Below are positions 36,904 through 46,930 of a DNA stretch of 64,000 nucleotides, in pieces. The translations under genes and the position numbers were made by a program. Location: the NCBI GenBank assembly GCA_025937235.1, contig JAICRU010000002.1:6304-70303 (forward strand), written 5' to 3'. This DNA is from Acidimicrobiia bacterium (GTDB lineage Bacteria > Actinomycetota > Acidimicrobiia > Spongiisociales > ZC4RG35). A model generated the notes under the pieces. It had not been told where the DNA came from. It saw only the letters and a program-made list of their open reading frames with translations, and did no database searches. The number at the start of each line of letters is the position of its first letter. Position 1 is the first letter of the stretch.

Positions 36904-37516
36904 CGCAGATGTCGCGGCCGAACTGGATGATCCGCATCGACACGCCGGACCACTCGTTCTTGGGGAAGACCGCCATCAGGTCCTTTTCGATCTTCACGGG
37001 GTCGGCCTGTGCAGTCAGCCCCAACCTTCGGGTCACCCTGCGGACGTGGGTGTCCACCGCGATGGCCGGCACATCCCAGGCCTCGGCGAGGAGAACGCTG
37101 GCGGTCTTGCGCCCGACTCCGGGGAGCTTCACGAGCTCGTCCATCTCCATCGGTACCTCGCCGTCGAACATCTCCTCGATCGCCTGGGCGAGCTTGATGA
37201 TCGACCTGGTCTTCTGACGGTAGAAGCCGGTCGAATAGACGATCTCTTCGACCTCCTCAGGGTCGGCTTCGGCGAGGTCTCGGACCAGCGGGTACCTCTC
37301 GAAGAGGATCGGAGCCACCTTGTTCACGTTCTCGTCGGTGGTCTGGGCCGAAAGGACGGTCACTACCAGCAACTCATACGGCGACTCGTAGTCCAGGGCA
37401 GTTCCGATCTCCGGGTATCGCCGGCGGAGCCGGTTGAGGATGGTGCGGGCTTTGCCCTTCTCGCCCCTGGTGGGGACCGTTCCATCGGCTCGGGGCAGTG
37501 GCATGGGATCTCGCAT
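36806..37516 (-). CDS. nth: Endonuclease III (DNA glycosylase/AP lyase, HhH-GPD, 4Fe-4S)
   Basis: HhH-GPD motif (LVKLPGVGRKTASVLL) and C-terminal Cys4 cluster (CDARRPLCGRCELFGLC). Confidence 0.9.
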   Translation of the reverse strand: MRDPMPLPRADGTVPTRGEKGKARTILNRLRRRYPEIGTALDYESPYELLVVTVLSAQTTDENVNKVAPILFERYPLVRDLAEADPEEVEEIVYSTGFYRQKTRSIIKLAQAIEEMFDGEVPMEMDELVKLPGVGRKTASVLLAEAWDVPAIAVDTHVRRVTRRLGLTAQADPVKIEKDLMAVFPKNEWSGVSMRIIQFGRDICDARRPLCGRCELFGLCEFSERFLFAAKTPPRT

Positions 37517-37576
37517 CGTATTGATCCGACACGATGCCCAGGGCGGGTACCCGCCCGGTCCTACTCTCCCCGGCTC

Positions 37577-38461
37577 ATGCTCAGCTCGGGTCGAAGCCGC
37601 GCCGTCCTGGCCCTCCTCGTCGCGTCGTTCGTGTTCGGGGCGACCTTCGTGGTCGTCAAATCGGCGGTGGAACAGGTGCCTCCGCTCACCTTCGTCGCCT
37701 GGCGTTTCCTGCTTGGCGCCGTAGTCCTGTCCTTCGTCGCCCTACCCAAAGGGAAACGGATCTGGTGGCACGGGTTCATGGCCGGACTGGCCCTGTTCGC
37801 AGGCTATTCCTTCCAGACCGCGGGTCTGACCACCACGAGCGCCAGCAACTCGGCGTTGATCACGGGGCTATACGTGGTGATCACGCCGTTTCTCGCTGCC
37901 CTGTTCGCCCGGAGGCCACCGGGATGGTGGAGCGTGATCGCGGCCGCCCTCGCCTTCGCCGGCATCATCCTCATCACCGGCGCCGACGGCATCAGTCTCG
38001 GACGGGGTGACTTGATGTCGCTGGCCTGCGCCATCTCGTTCTCGGCCCACATCGTTGTCCTGTCCCGTTTCGCTCGACACCACCCCGTGATCCCCTTCAC
38101 AGTGGCGCAGCTGGCAGTGGTTGCCCTGCTGGCGTTTCCCACTGCGTTCCTGATTGAAGGCCCCATGCTGCCGCCAACCTCGGTGTGGGGCGCCCTCCTC
38201 ATCACCGGGTTGGGTGCGAGCGCCGGGTGCTTCGTCCTCCAGATCTGGGCTCAGACCGTGGTGGGGGCGACCACCGCCGCCGTGGTCCTGGCCGCGGAGC
38301 CTGCCTTTGCCGTTGCCACGGCCTGGGTGGTCCTTGGCGAGCGCCTCACTCCAGCAGGTTGGGCCGGTGCCGGCGCCATCATCATCGCCATATACCTGGT
38401 GGTGACCAAACAGACCGATCAGGCGTCGCTAGAGGCTGAGGCGGTGACACCAGCTCACTGA
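37577..38461 (+). CDS. EamA/DMT-family transporter (10 TM, two EamA repeats)
   Basis: Only the C-terminal 294 aa of the 616-aa ORF-track call are membrane-protein-like (MLSSGRSRAVLALLVASFVFGATFVVVKS...). The upstream part is antisense to nth and the MATE gene. Confidence 0.75.
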   Translation: MLSSGRSRAVLALLVASFVFGATFVVVKSAVEQVPPLTFVAWRFLLGAVVLSFVALPKGKRIWWHGFMAGLALFAGYSFQTAGLTTTSASNSALITGLYVVITPFLAALFARRPPGWWSVIAAALAFAGIILITGADGISLGRGDLMSLACAISFSAHIVVLSRFARHHPVIPFTVAQLAVVALLAFPTAFLIEGPMLPPTSVWGALLITGLGASAGCFVLQIWAQTVVGATTAAVVLAAEPAFAVATAWVVLGERLTPAGWAGAGAIIIAIYLVVTKQTDQASLEAEAVTPAH

Positions 38462-38802
38462 CTCACCTGGTAGTCGTCGGATCGAAGACGTCGCGCCAAC
38501 TTCATGAGGACGCGAATCCCGAGAACGGCGACGAAGAGACCGAGGGTGAGCATGATCCCGAACTCCGCGGCCGTGGTGTACGGGTTGTCACACGCCTCGA
38601 TCCCCTGCGGGCACAGCCCCCATCCGGTGCCACCATCGAGAAGGTCGATGAGGACGAGGATGGGGACGAGGGCGATGCCGATGGCGGCAGCCGAGAGCAG
38701 GAAGACGCCGAGACGAACCAGGAACACAGCCACGACCTGAAACGGTAACCCGGCTCCGGCGATTTCCTGGCATACAATCGCCCGCCCGTGGCACCGTATC
38801 AC
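38455..38802 (-). CDS. Small hypothetical membrane protein (about 3 TM, Cys pair in extracytoplasmic loop)
   Basis: Strong GC3 bias. Product ...GIALVPILVLIDLLDGGTGWGLCPQGIEACDNPYTTAAEFGIMLTLGLFVAVLGIRVLMKLARRL.... Start is uncertain, because the ORF-track Met overlaps the thyX-like start. Confidence 0.45.
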   Translation of the reverse strand: MIRCHGRAIVCQEIAGAGLPFQVVAVFLVRLGVFLLSAAAIGIALVPILVLIDLLDGGTGWGLCPQGIEACDNPYTTAAEFGIMLTLGLFVAVLGIRVLMKLARRLRSDDYQVSQ

Positions 38803-40407
38803 CAGGAGGAGTTCACCCCGGAGGAGAAGGCCGTCCTGGGCCGGTTCTTCACGAATCTCGATCTACCGGTTTTCGGCCTGGTGAACCTCCCCGAGGTGGT
38901 CAAGGGCGCCCTGTTCGCCCGCTATTCGAGGTCGGCCAAGTCCCTGCGCCGTCTCTTCCTCGACGAGTTCGTGGCCGATCCCGATTCGGGTATCGAGGTC
39001 ATGGCGCGAGGCCTCGACGACGACCCACTGGTAGCGACCAGGAAGGCCGAACAGCTCTACCAGCGGGTCTTCTTCGACTACGGGGACGACTCCGTGGCCC
39101 AGTTGGGCGGGGCCCACCTCGCCTGTGAGCAGGCATCGAATCTGCTCACCAAGGTGCTGGAGTGGGGGCGTCTCGCCGCCTACCTCGAGCAGTCGACCCG
39201 TTACATCCGGTATGACGCCCCACTCGGGGGCCGATACCGCTATCACGTGCCCGCCGAAGTGGCTGACTCCGGGCACTCGCACCGGTACCTGACTCACATG
39301 GACCGGGTCTTCGACACCTATTCGATGATGGTGGGCCGAATGATGTCTCACTTCGAGGAGATCCACCCGCGTCTGGATTCGGATTCACCCGTGGTCTGGA
39401 ATGCGACCATCCGCGCCAAGGCCTGCGACACGGTCCGCGGCCTCCTCCCCGTCTCCACATTGTCGAGCGTGGGGATCTATGGCACCGGCCAGGCCTATGA
39501 GATGTCACTCGTGAGGATGCAGGCGAGCCCGCTGCGCGAGGTGCGCGACTACGGGGAGATGATGCTCGGTGAGCTCCGGAAGATCATCCCCTCCTTTCTG
39601 ACCAGGGTCGATCTAGAGGACCGCGGAGTGCGTTGGTCGCGATATCTGGAGAACGTGCGCCGGGACCTGGAAGAGAAAGCTACGTCTCTCCCTGCCCCGC
39701 GCGATGAGGGGCCATCGGTGACCCTGGTCGATTGGGACCCCGACGCCGAGCTCAAGATCGCCGCCGCCGCCCTCTATGCGGTCTCGGAACTCCCCGAAAT
39801 CGAGCTGCTCCGCATGGTCCGGGCCATGTCTGCTTCCGAGCGTTCGGAGCTCATCTCGTCTCTGGTCGGGGATCGTGCCAACCGCAGACACAAGCCAGGT
39901 CGCCCCATGGAGCGAACCACCTATCGCTTCGATGTGACCTGTGACATCGGTGCATTTCGCGATCTGCAGCGGCACCGGCTGATGACACTCGAGTGGCAGC
40001 GGTACACCACCAGACTCGGTTACGACGTTCCCCCCGAGATCGACGAGCTTGGCATGGCCGACGATTGGGACCGCTCGATGGAGGACGCCCTGATCTTCTA
40101 CGAGGAGTTGCGTGATGACCTGGGGCCCGACGTCGCACAATATGTGGTGCCCTTCGCCTACAACGTCCGATTCGCGATGGAGCTGAACCCCAGGCAGGCG
40201 TTCCACCTCGTCGAGCTCCGCAGCCAGGCGGCCGGCCATCCCGCCTACCGAAGGGTGGCGCACGAGATGCACCACGCCATACGTGAGGTGGCCGGGCACA
40301 CACTGCTGGCGGACGCCATGAGCCACGTCGACTACAGCGATGTGGACCTCGAGCGCCTCGAAGGGGAGCGCAAGGCCGAAAGACGTCGCCAGACGGCCCG
40401 CGCCTAG
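38788..40407 (+). CDS. thyX: ThyX-family protein with tandemly duplicated ThyX fold (539 aa, FAD-dependent thymidylate-synthase-like)
   Basis: Two ThyX-like halves. The second carries RHR (RDLQRHRLMTLEWQRY). The first carries a degenerate ARYSRSAKS motif at the equivalent position. Confidence 0.6.
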   Translation: MAPYHQEEFTPEEKAVLGRFFTNLDLPVFGLVNLPEVVKGALFARYSRSAKSLRRLFLDEFVADPDSGIEVMARGLDDDPLVATRKAEQLYQRVFFDYGDDSVAQLGGAHLACEQASNLLTKVLEWGRLAAYLEQSTRYIRYDAPLGGRYRYHVPAEVADSGHSHRYLTHMDRVFDTYSMMVGRMMSHFEEIHPRLDSDSPVVWNATIRAKACDTVRGLLPVSTLSSVGIYGTGQAYEMSLVRMQASPLREVRDYGEMMLGELRKIIPSFLTRVDLEDRGVRWSRYLENVRRDLEEKATSLPAPRDEGPSVTLVDWDPDAELKIAAAALYAVSELPEIELLRMVRAMSASERSELISSLVGDRANRRHKPGRPMERTTYRFDVTCDIGAFRDLQRHRLMTLEWQRYTTRLGYDVPPEIDELGMADDWDRSMEDALIFYEELRDDLGPDVAQYVVPFAYNVRFAMELNPRQAFHLVELRSQAAGHPAYRRVAHEMHHAIREVAGHTLLADAMSHVDYSDVDLERLEGERKAERRRQTARA

Positions 40408-40439
40408 AACGAAAAACGCAGAACGTATAACGTCCTCTG

Positions 40440-40655
40440 ATGGCCCAATTCGACGTCGACGCCATGATCCGCCGCTATCAGGAGCGGGCGAGCGCGGTCA
40501 AGGAGCGTCCTCTCCCACCCGTCGCAGGCGAGGAGCGCCGTCTCTTCGTGGAGCGAGCCGAGGCCGATTACACCGACTACGCCCTGATCGGGAGCGCCCG
40601 CTGGAGTGTCGAGCAGGGCGAGCTGGTGCTGCGCATCCCACTGGGCGGCAGCTGA
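40440..40655 (+). CDS. Small conserved hypothetical protein (71 aa) upstream of the ArsA-like ATPase pair
   Basis: Very high GC3. Stop is 8 nt before the ATPase start. Product MAQFDVDAMIRRYQERASAVKERPLPPVAGEERRLFVERAEADYTDYALIGSARWSVEQGELVLRIPLGGS. Confidence 0.5.
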   Translation: MAQFDVDAMIRRYQERASAVKERPLPPVAGEERRLFVERAEADYTDYALIGSARWSVEQGELVLRIPLGGS

Positions 40656-40662
40656 GCGCCGC

Positions 40663-41508
40663 ATGCTCGAGAAGCGCCTGGTCCTGGTGTCGGGCAAAGG
40701 AGGTGTAGGCAAGTCGGTCGTAAGCGCCGGCCTCGCTCTCCTTGCCCAACGCCGCGGGCTCAGGGTGCTGGCGATGGAGATGGGCGCACCGGGTGGCCTC
40801 TCCGCCCATTTCGGGACCGGCCCGCTCGAGTTCGAGCCCATGGAGCTGCGGCCAGGGCTCCACGCCATGCAGATGGTTCGCTCCGATGCCCTGCTCGAGT
40901 ACTTGTCCATCCAGCTCGGCATGCGCGGTCTGAACCGATTCGGCCCCCTGGCCCGGGCCTTCGATGCCCTCGCCACCACGGCACCGGGGATCCGTGAGAT
41001 CATCACGATCGGCAAGGCCATCTGGGAGGTGCGTGAAGACCGCTGGGACATCGTGATCGCGGACGCCCCGCCCACCGGCCAGATCGGGTCATACGTTCGA
41101 GCCCCGGTCACGATCTCCGAGCTCGTGCCCGCCGGGCGGATCCGGGTCCAGGCGGAGGTGATGAGGGAGATCTTGCACGACCCGAGTCTCACCGAGCTCA
41201 TCTTGGTCTCCCTTCCTGAGGAGCTTCCGGTCACCGAAACCGAGGAAACCCTCACCTGGCTGGGAAAGGAGGACCTGGTCCCCTCTCCCACGGTGATCGC
41301 CAACCGCGTACTGGACCAGTTGACCGATCCCGACACACCGCCCGGACCGGTGGGTGATGCGGCAAGGCTCCATCGCTCCCTCTGGGCAGAACAGCAGGAG
41401 TGGCTGGAGCGACTCTGTCCCGTGCAGCGCCTCCCCTATCTGCATGGCCTGTTCACCCCTGGCGAGGTCGCCGCCCGGATCGCCGACGAGTTCGAGGTCA
41501 CGGCGTGA
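40663..41508 (+). CDS. ArsA/GET3-like anion-transporting-ATPase family protein (first of pair)
   Basis: P-loop LVLVSGKGGVGKSVVSAGLA. Start at ATG 40663 (MLEKRLVLV). The ORF-track upstream extension (MSSRASWCC...) is out of character for the protein. Confidence 0.75.
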   Translation: MLEKRLVLVSGKGGVGKSVVSAGLALLAQRRGLRVLAMEMGAPGGLSAHFGTGPLEFEPMELRPGLHAMQMVRSDALLEYLSIQLGMRGLNRFGPLARAFDALATTAPGIREIITIGKAIWEVREDRWDIVIADAPPTGQIGSYVRAPVTISELVPAGRIRVQAEVMREILHDPSLTELILVSLPEELPVTETEETLTWLGKEDLVPSPTVIANRVLDQLTDPDTPPGPVGDAARLHRSLWAEQQEWLERLCPVQRLPYLHGLFTPGEVAARIADEFEVTA

Positions 41509-42539
41509 CCAAGACAATCCTCATCACCGGCGCCGGCGGGGTGGGAAAGACCACAGTTGCCGCGGCGATGGGGGTGAAGGCGGCGCGTAGCGGTCTGAGG
41601 ACTCTGGTGGTCACGGTTGATCCGGCGCGGAGGCTGGCGACCGCACTCGGAGTCGAGGAATTGGGAAATGAGCCCCAACCCCACGCCGACGAGCCGGACC
41701 TGTGGGCAGCCATGCTCGACGCCACCGCCTCGTGGAGGGCGGTGGCGATGCGCCACGCCGACCCGGAGGTCGCCGCCAGGTTGGCCGACAACGAGTTCTT
41801 CCGGGCTGCCTCGGAGCACTTCCCGGCATCACAGGCATACGCCGCGGCCGATCAGGCGGCCACCTTCGTCCAAGCCATGGCGTGGGACCTGGTGATCGTC
41901 GACACCCCACCTTCTGGCGGCGGCATCGATTTCTTCACCGCGCCGGCGCAGATGGCTGATCTAGTCGGTGGGCGCCTCCTCCGCTGGCTGACGGGCGGCC
42001 CCATCCCCGGTCGCAGGGCGCTCTACAACTTCGCCGCGCGGCCCGTGCTTCGCATCGCAGACTCGGTGCTGGGGAGCGATTTGCTCGAGCGTGTGGCCGA
42101 GTTTCTCCTCGACCTTCGGACGACATACGACGGCGTCGCGCAACGTGGCCGGGAGATAGAGCGCGTCCTCTCCTCGGCATCGATCTTCGTCGTCACCACC
42201 TCCGATCCCGCACCGATTCGGGAGGCGATCAAGTTCTACCGCGACCTTCCCGGTCTTGCCAGCAGCCCGACGGCCGTGATCTTCAACAGGATCCTGCCGG
42301 AGGAGTGGGCCGAAGCCACCGCCCCGCCGGGGACATCTCCTGCCCTGGAGCTGAACCTGGCCCGCTGGAGCGCCGAGACGGTGCGGCAGCGGGACAGTCG
42401 TGAGGAGTTCTCCTCCCGTTACGGTGCACACATCGCGACCATCCCGTGGTCGCCACACCCACCCACCGATCTCCATGGGTTGGCCGGGTTGATGGAGGAA
42501 GCAAGCCAGTTGCCTTGGGCGGAGGTCGGCATATCCTGA
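41505..42539 (+). CDS. ArsA/GET3-like ATPase (second of pair)
   Basis: P-loop ILITGAGGVGKTTVAAAMG. The GTG start overlaps the upstream stop as GTGA. Paired arrangement as in mycobacterial Rv3679/Rv3680-type loci. Confidence 0.75.
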   Translation: MTKTILITGAGGVGKTTVAAAMGVKAARSGLRTLVVTVDPARRLATALGVEELGNEPQPHADEPDLWAAMLDATASWRAVAMRHADPEVAARLADNEFFRAASEHFPASQAYAAADQAATFVQAMAWDLVIVDTPPSGGGIDFFTAPAQMADLVGGRLLRWLTGGPIPGRRALYNFAARPVLRIADSVLGSDLLERVAEFLLDLRTTYDGVAQRGREIERVLSSASIFVVTTSDPAPIREAIKFYRDLPGLASSPTAVIFNRILPEEWAEATAPPGTSPALELNLARWSAETVRQRDSREEFSSRYGAHIATIPWSPHPPTDLHGLAGLMEEASQLPWAEVGIS

Positions 42540-42543
42540 ACCC

Positions 42544-43353
42544 ATGGCGAACTCCGCCGCCTTCTTCGACCTCGACCGGACTCTGATCTCCGGCGCCTCG
42601 GCGTTTCCTCTCGGGGTTGAAGCCTGGCGCCAGGGTCTGGCCTCCAATACAGACATCGCAAGATGGACCCTCTCTGCCCTCAGCTTCAGGCTGAGAGGGG
42701 ACATGGGAGACGCTTCAGATGAGGTCAGAGGTGACTTCCTCAATCGCATCGCAGGCTCCTCGGTTCAGGCGCTGGAGATGGTCGGGGCCTCGGTCCTTCC
42801 CAAACTGGTGTCCAGGGTGCGACCGGAGTCGCGAAAACTGGTCAATCTGCACCACGAATCCGGTCGCGACACGTGGATCGTCTCGGCGGCCCCGCATGAA
42901 ATCGTCGAGCCCCTCGCCCGCTCGCTCGGCATGACCGGGGCCATCGGCACTCGGGGGCGGGTGATTGCAGGGCATTACACGGGGGAGCTGGACGGCCCAT
43001 TCGTATATGGGGCCGGGAAGGTCGACGCCATCGAGAAGATCGCTGCCGACTTCGGCTACGACTTGGAGCGGAGTTATGCATACTCCGATTCGATCTCGGA
43101 CCTCCCCATGATGGAATCGGTGGGTCATCCGGTGGCGGTCAACCCCGATTCAGAGCTCGATGTGGTTGCCCACGACCGTGGTTGGCCCGTGGTGATCTTC
43201 GCCCGCAAGACCAAGCAGGCGATCGCCGTGGGTGGGGTCAGCACCGTGGCCGTGACCGCAGCCATCGCCGCCTACGCGATGGGCCGAAAACACGGCCGCT
43301 CGGCGACCCTGGCCCAGATGGCGCAGAGAGAGATCTGGCCCCGTCTCCCCTAG
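42544..43353 (+). CDS. HAD-superfamily subfamily IB hydrolase (SerB-like phosphatase)
   Basis: Motif I FFDLDRTL at the N-terminus, and downstream HAD motifs. Confidence 0.75.
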   Translation: MANSAAFFDLDRTLISGASAFPLGVEAWRQGLASNTDIARWTLSALSFRLRGDMGDASDEVRGDFLNRIAGSSVQALEMVGASVLPKLVSRVRPESRKLVNLHHESGRDTWIVSAAPHEIVEPLARSLGMTGAIGTRGRVIAGHYTGELDGPFVYGAGKVDAIEKIAADFGYDLERSYAYSDSISDLPMMESVGHPVAVNPDSELDVVAHDRGWPVVIFARKTKQAIAVGGVSTVAVTAAIAAYAMGRKHGRSATLAQMAQREIWPRLP

Positions 43354-43406
43354 CCCCCCTGTAATTGGGTTGCGAGGGTGCGATATACGGAACTGGTTCG
43401 CCGGGG

Positions 43407-46400
43407 TCAGAGGATGGCGCTGGGCCCGAGCAACTCCTTCAACTCGGCGAACAGGGCGGTGCGGGGCTCCACTCGATGGGCGTCGCTGAGCTTGAGCACC
43501 TTCACCCCCTGGTCGCTGGTCATGTTCAAATAGACCGGCGCCGGGCCCGGGTGGTTGGAGAGGATCGTCTTGAGCCGACCGACCATCTCCGGGGTCAGAG
43601 TGGCCGCCGGCGCCCTGAGCCGCACGGTGGAATCGTCGCGGATCTCGAGCTCCTTGATCTCTCGTGCCATGACCTTGACCTCGTCGCCGCGATGGTCGAG
43701 GCTCCCGCTCACGATGACGATCGCATCCTCGACCACGACGTGGCCGTAGTCGTTGACGGTCCGCGGGAAAGCGACCACCTCGACCGACCGCTCCATGTCT
43801 TCCAATTGGAAGAAGACCATCGGGTCGCCATTTCGTGTCCAACGTCTCGTGATACCGGCGACGAGGCCACCCACCGTCACGCTCGTCTTGTCGGCCATCT
43901 CATCCAACTCGGCGATCGTGGTGGTGGTGGCGGCCTCCAGTGATCGACCCACTGCCAACAGCGGATGATCTGACACGTAGAGGCCCAGCATCTCCTTCTC
44001 GAAGCCGAGGCCGATCTTCTGCGGCCAGACCAGGTCGGGCACGTCGATGCGGCCTTGCGAGATCGCGGCCGCGTCTCCGGCGAACAAGCTGAACTGACCC
44101 ATGTCCTCGTTCCGGCGCCGCTCCAAGGTGCCGTCGAGAATCTGCTCGTAGACCACCGTCAACCCCTTGCGGCAATAGCCCATGGCGTCGAACGCTCCGG
44201 CCTTGATCAAGGATTCCACCGTCCGCTTGTTGAGCGCCGACACGTCGACACGATCGACGAAGTCGTGGAACGACTCGAACAACCGGTCGGCCCTGGCCGC
44301 GACGATCCTCTCAACCACCCCTTCGCCCACATTTCGCACGGCGGAGAGACCGAACCGGATGCGCCCGTCTTTGACGGTGAAATCGGAGTCGGACTCGTTC
44401 ACGTCGGGGACCAGCACCTGGATCCCCATCTGTCGGCACTCATTCAGGTAGAGGGCTGTCCGATCCTTGTCCCTCTTGGTCGCGGTGAGGAGGGCGGCCA
44501 TGTACTCGGCGGGATGATGAGCCTTGAGGTAGGCGGTCTGGTAGGCGACCAGCCCATAGCCCGAGCTGTGGCTCTTGTTGAATCCGTATCCCGAGAAGTG
44601 CTCGATGAGGCCGAAGATCTCCCGACCCACCTTCTCCTCGTGGCCCTGGGCGACGCAGCCGGCGACGAATTTCTCCTCCTCGGCCCTCATGACCGACTTG
44701 ATCTTCTTCCCCATCGCTCGCCGCAGGTTGTCGGCATCGATCATCGAATACCCGGCCATCTCCTGGGCTACTGACATGACCTGTTCCTGGTAGACCATGA
44801 TCTGATAGGTGTCGGCCAGCTTGTCGGTGAGCGCAGGGTGGAGCTCCTCGATCGGGGCCCGGCCGTTCTTCCGGTCGGCGTAGAGCGTGTGCATGTTGGC
44901 GCCCATCGGCCCGGGCCGGTACAGCGCGACAAGGGCGATCACATCGTTGAACGAGTCCGGCTTCAGTGATCGGATCAGGGATCGCATCGCGTTGCCTTCG
45001 AGCTGGAACACCCCGATGGTGTTGCCCGACTGGAGCAACTCGAAGGTCTTCGGGTCGTCCAGCGGGACGGTGTCGATGTCCACCCGCTGCCCGGTGCTGT
45101 CCTCGACCAGCTCGAGACAGCGTTCGATGATGGAGAGGTTACGAAGCCCGAGGAAGTCCATCTTGAGGAGACCGAGTGACTCCACCCCGTACATCTCGTA
45201 CTGGGTCACCACCTCGGCGCCCTCGCCCTTCTGTTGGATCGGGACCACGTTGATGAGGGGCTCGGGGGCGATCACCACAGCTGCGGCATGTATGGAGTCC
45301 TGACGACGGAGCCCTTCGAGGCCCCGGGCGGCGTCGACCGTCTCGCGGACAGCCGGGTCTGCGTCGTAGAGGTCGCGGAGGCCCTGGGCGTTGGCGTACC
45401 AGTCCCTTATCGTCGAATCGGCGTCGGGCGATGGTGGCTCGAGCACCTGGTCGAGGGTCGCCTCCCGCCCCAGGATCGCTGGAGGCATCGCCTTAGCCAC
45501 CCGGTCCCCCACCCCGTACGGATGACCGAGGACACGCGCTGCGTCCCGTAGGGCTTGCTTGCCCTTGATCGTGGAGAAGGTGACGATCTGGGCCACCCTG
45601 TCGGCGCCGTACTTCTGGGCCGCGTACCTGATCATCTCCGCCCGATACCGCTCATCGAAGTCCATGTCGATGTCGGGCATTTGACGGCGGCCCGGGTTGA
45701 GGAAGCGCTCGAAGATGAGCCCATAGGCAAGAGGGTCGATATCGGTGATGCGCAGGCAGTAGGAGACGATGGAGCCGGCCGCCGAGCCACGCCCGGGCCC
45801 GACCCGGATCCCGTTCTCTCGGGCATGGCGGATCAGGTCCCAGACGATCAAGAAATAGGCGGGGAACCCCATCTCTTCGATGATCTTGAGCTCGTGCTCC
45901 ACCCGGTCCCAGACTTCCGGCCCCGCGTCGGGCCCGTAGCGATCGCGCGCGCCCTGTTCGACCAGCCTCCGCAAATGGCTTACCTCGGTCTCTCCCGACG
46001 GCACCGGGAAGCTGGGTAGGAGAATCCGCCCGAAGTCGAGATCGACCGAGCAACGCTCGGCGATGGCCAGCGTGTTGTCACACGCGCCCGGATAGGTGTC
46101 TTCGGGGAATAGGTGGCGCATCTCGGCGGCGGTCTTGAGGTAGAAGTCGCGGCTGTCGAAGCGAAGACGTCCGGTCTCGGCACGCAGTGACCCGGTCTGG
46201 ATGCAGAGAAGGACGTCGTGGGCCTCGTGCTCCGCCTGCGCGGTGTAGTGGGCATCGTTCGTCGCCAGCAGTGGGGACCCGATCCGGTTCGAGATCTCGA
46301 GGAGGTCGGGCATGATCGCCCTCTGTGCCGCCAGCCCGTGGTCCTGGATCTCGATGAAGAAGTTGTCCTTGCCGAAGATGTCCTGGAAGCGGCCGGCGGC

Positions 46401-46913
46401 GGCGAGGGCGGCGTCGAAGTCCCTTATCTGGCCCTTGTTGCCCTCCTCGCTGAGCGAGTCGGGGGCGAGATGCTGGGCCACCATCCCGCCGAGGCAACCG
46501 GAAGTGGCGAGGATCCCTTCGGCATGCTCTGCCAGCAGGTCGAAATCCATCCTCGGCTTGTAGTAATAGCCCTCGAGGAAGGCGCGGGACGACAGCTGGA
46601 GCAGGTTGCGATAGCCGGTCTCGTTCCAGGCGATGAGATTCATGTGGAAGCGCCGGTTGGCGTTCCCCACCGGTCGGTCGAATCTGGAGCCCTCCGTCAG
46701 GTAGGCCTCCATGCCGATGATCGGCTTGATCCCGGCGGTCTTCGCCTCCTTGACGAAGTCCACCACCCCGTAGAGGACCCCATGATCTGTGATGGCCAGG
46801 GCGGGCTGGCCGTCGGCCGCGGCCGCCGCCACGACGTCCTTGATCCGGGCCGCACCGTCGAGCATCGAGTATTCGGTGTGGACGTGTAGGTGGGCGAATG
46901 ACACGGCTGTCAT
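43407..46913 (-). CDS. dnaE: DNA polymerase III alpha subunit
   Basis: PHP domain (HLHVHTEYSMLDGA) and polymerase core. The OB and C-terminal domains are inferred from the 1168-aa length. Confidence 0.95.
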   Translation of the reverse strand: MTAVSFAHLHVHTEYSMLDGAARIKDVVAAAAADGQPALAITDHGVLYGVVDFVKEAKTAGIKPIIGMEAYLTEGSRFDRPVGNANRRFHMNLIAWNETGYRNLLQLSSRAFLEGYYYKPRMDFDLLAEHAEGILATSGCLGGMVAQHLAPDSLSEEGNKGQIRDFDAALAAAGRFQDIFGKDNFFIEIQDHGLAAQRAIMPDLLEISNRIGSPLLATNDAHYTAQAEHEAHDVLLCIQTGSLRAETGRLRFDSRDFYLKTAAEMRHLFPEDTYPGACDNTLAIAERCSVDLDFGRILLPSFPVPSGETEVSHLRRLVEQGARDRYGPDAGPEVWDRVEHELKIIEEMGFPAYFLIVWDLIRHARENGIRVGPGRGSAAGSIVSYCLRITDIDPLAYGLIFERFLNPGRRQMPDIDMDFDERYRAEMIRYAAQKYGADRVAQIVTFSTIKGKQALRDAARVLGHPYGVGDRVAKAMPPAILGREATLDQVLEPPSPDADSTIRDWYANAQGLRDLYDADPAVRETVDAARGLEGLRRQDSIHAAAVVIAPEPLINVVPIQQKGEGAEVVTQYEMYGVESLGLLKMDFLGLRNLSIIERCLELVEDSTGQRVDIDTVPLDDPKTFELLQSGNTIGVFQLEGNAMRSLIRSLKPDSFNDVIALVALYRPGPMGANMHTLYADRKNGRAPIEELHPALTDKLADTYQIMVYQEQVMSVAQEMAGYSMIDADNLRRAMGKKIKSVMRAEEEKFVAGCVAQGHEEKVGREIFGLIEHFSGYGFNKSHSSGYGLVAYQTAYLKAHHPAEYMAALLTATKRDKDRTALYLNECRQMGIQVLVPDVNESDSDFTVKDGRIRFGLSAVRNVGEGVVERIVAARADRLFESFHDFVDRVDVSALNKRTVESLIKAGAFDAMGYCRKGLTVVYEQILDGTLERRRNEDMGQFSLFAGDAAAISQGRIDVPDLVWPQKIGLGFEKEMLGLYVSDHPLLAVGRSLEAATTTTIAELDEMADKTSVTVGGLVAGITRRWTRNGDPMVFFQLEDMERSVEVVAFPRTVNDYGHVVVEDAIVIVSGSLDHRGDEVKVMAREIKELEIRDDSTVRLRAPAATLTPEMVGRLKTILSNHPGPAPVYLNMTSDQGVKVLKLSDAHRVEPRTALFAELKELLGPSAIL

Positions 46914-46930
46914 TCAAGGTAGCAGGTGGG

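Noticed and set aside
36611-38461. 616-aa plus-strand ORF
   Set aside because: The N-terminal roughly 320 aa run antisense to the MATE and nth genes. Only the EamA transporter portion from ATG 37577 is credible.
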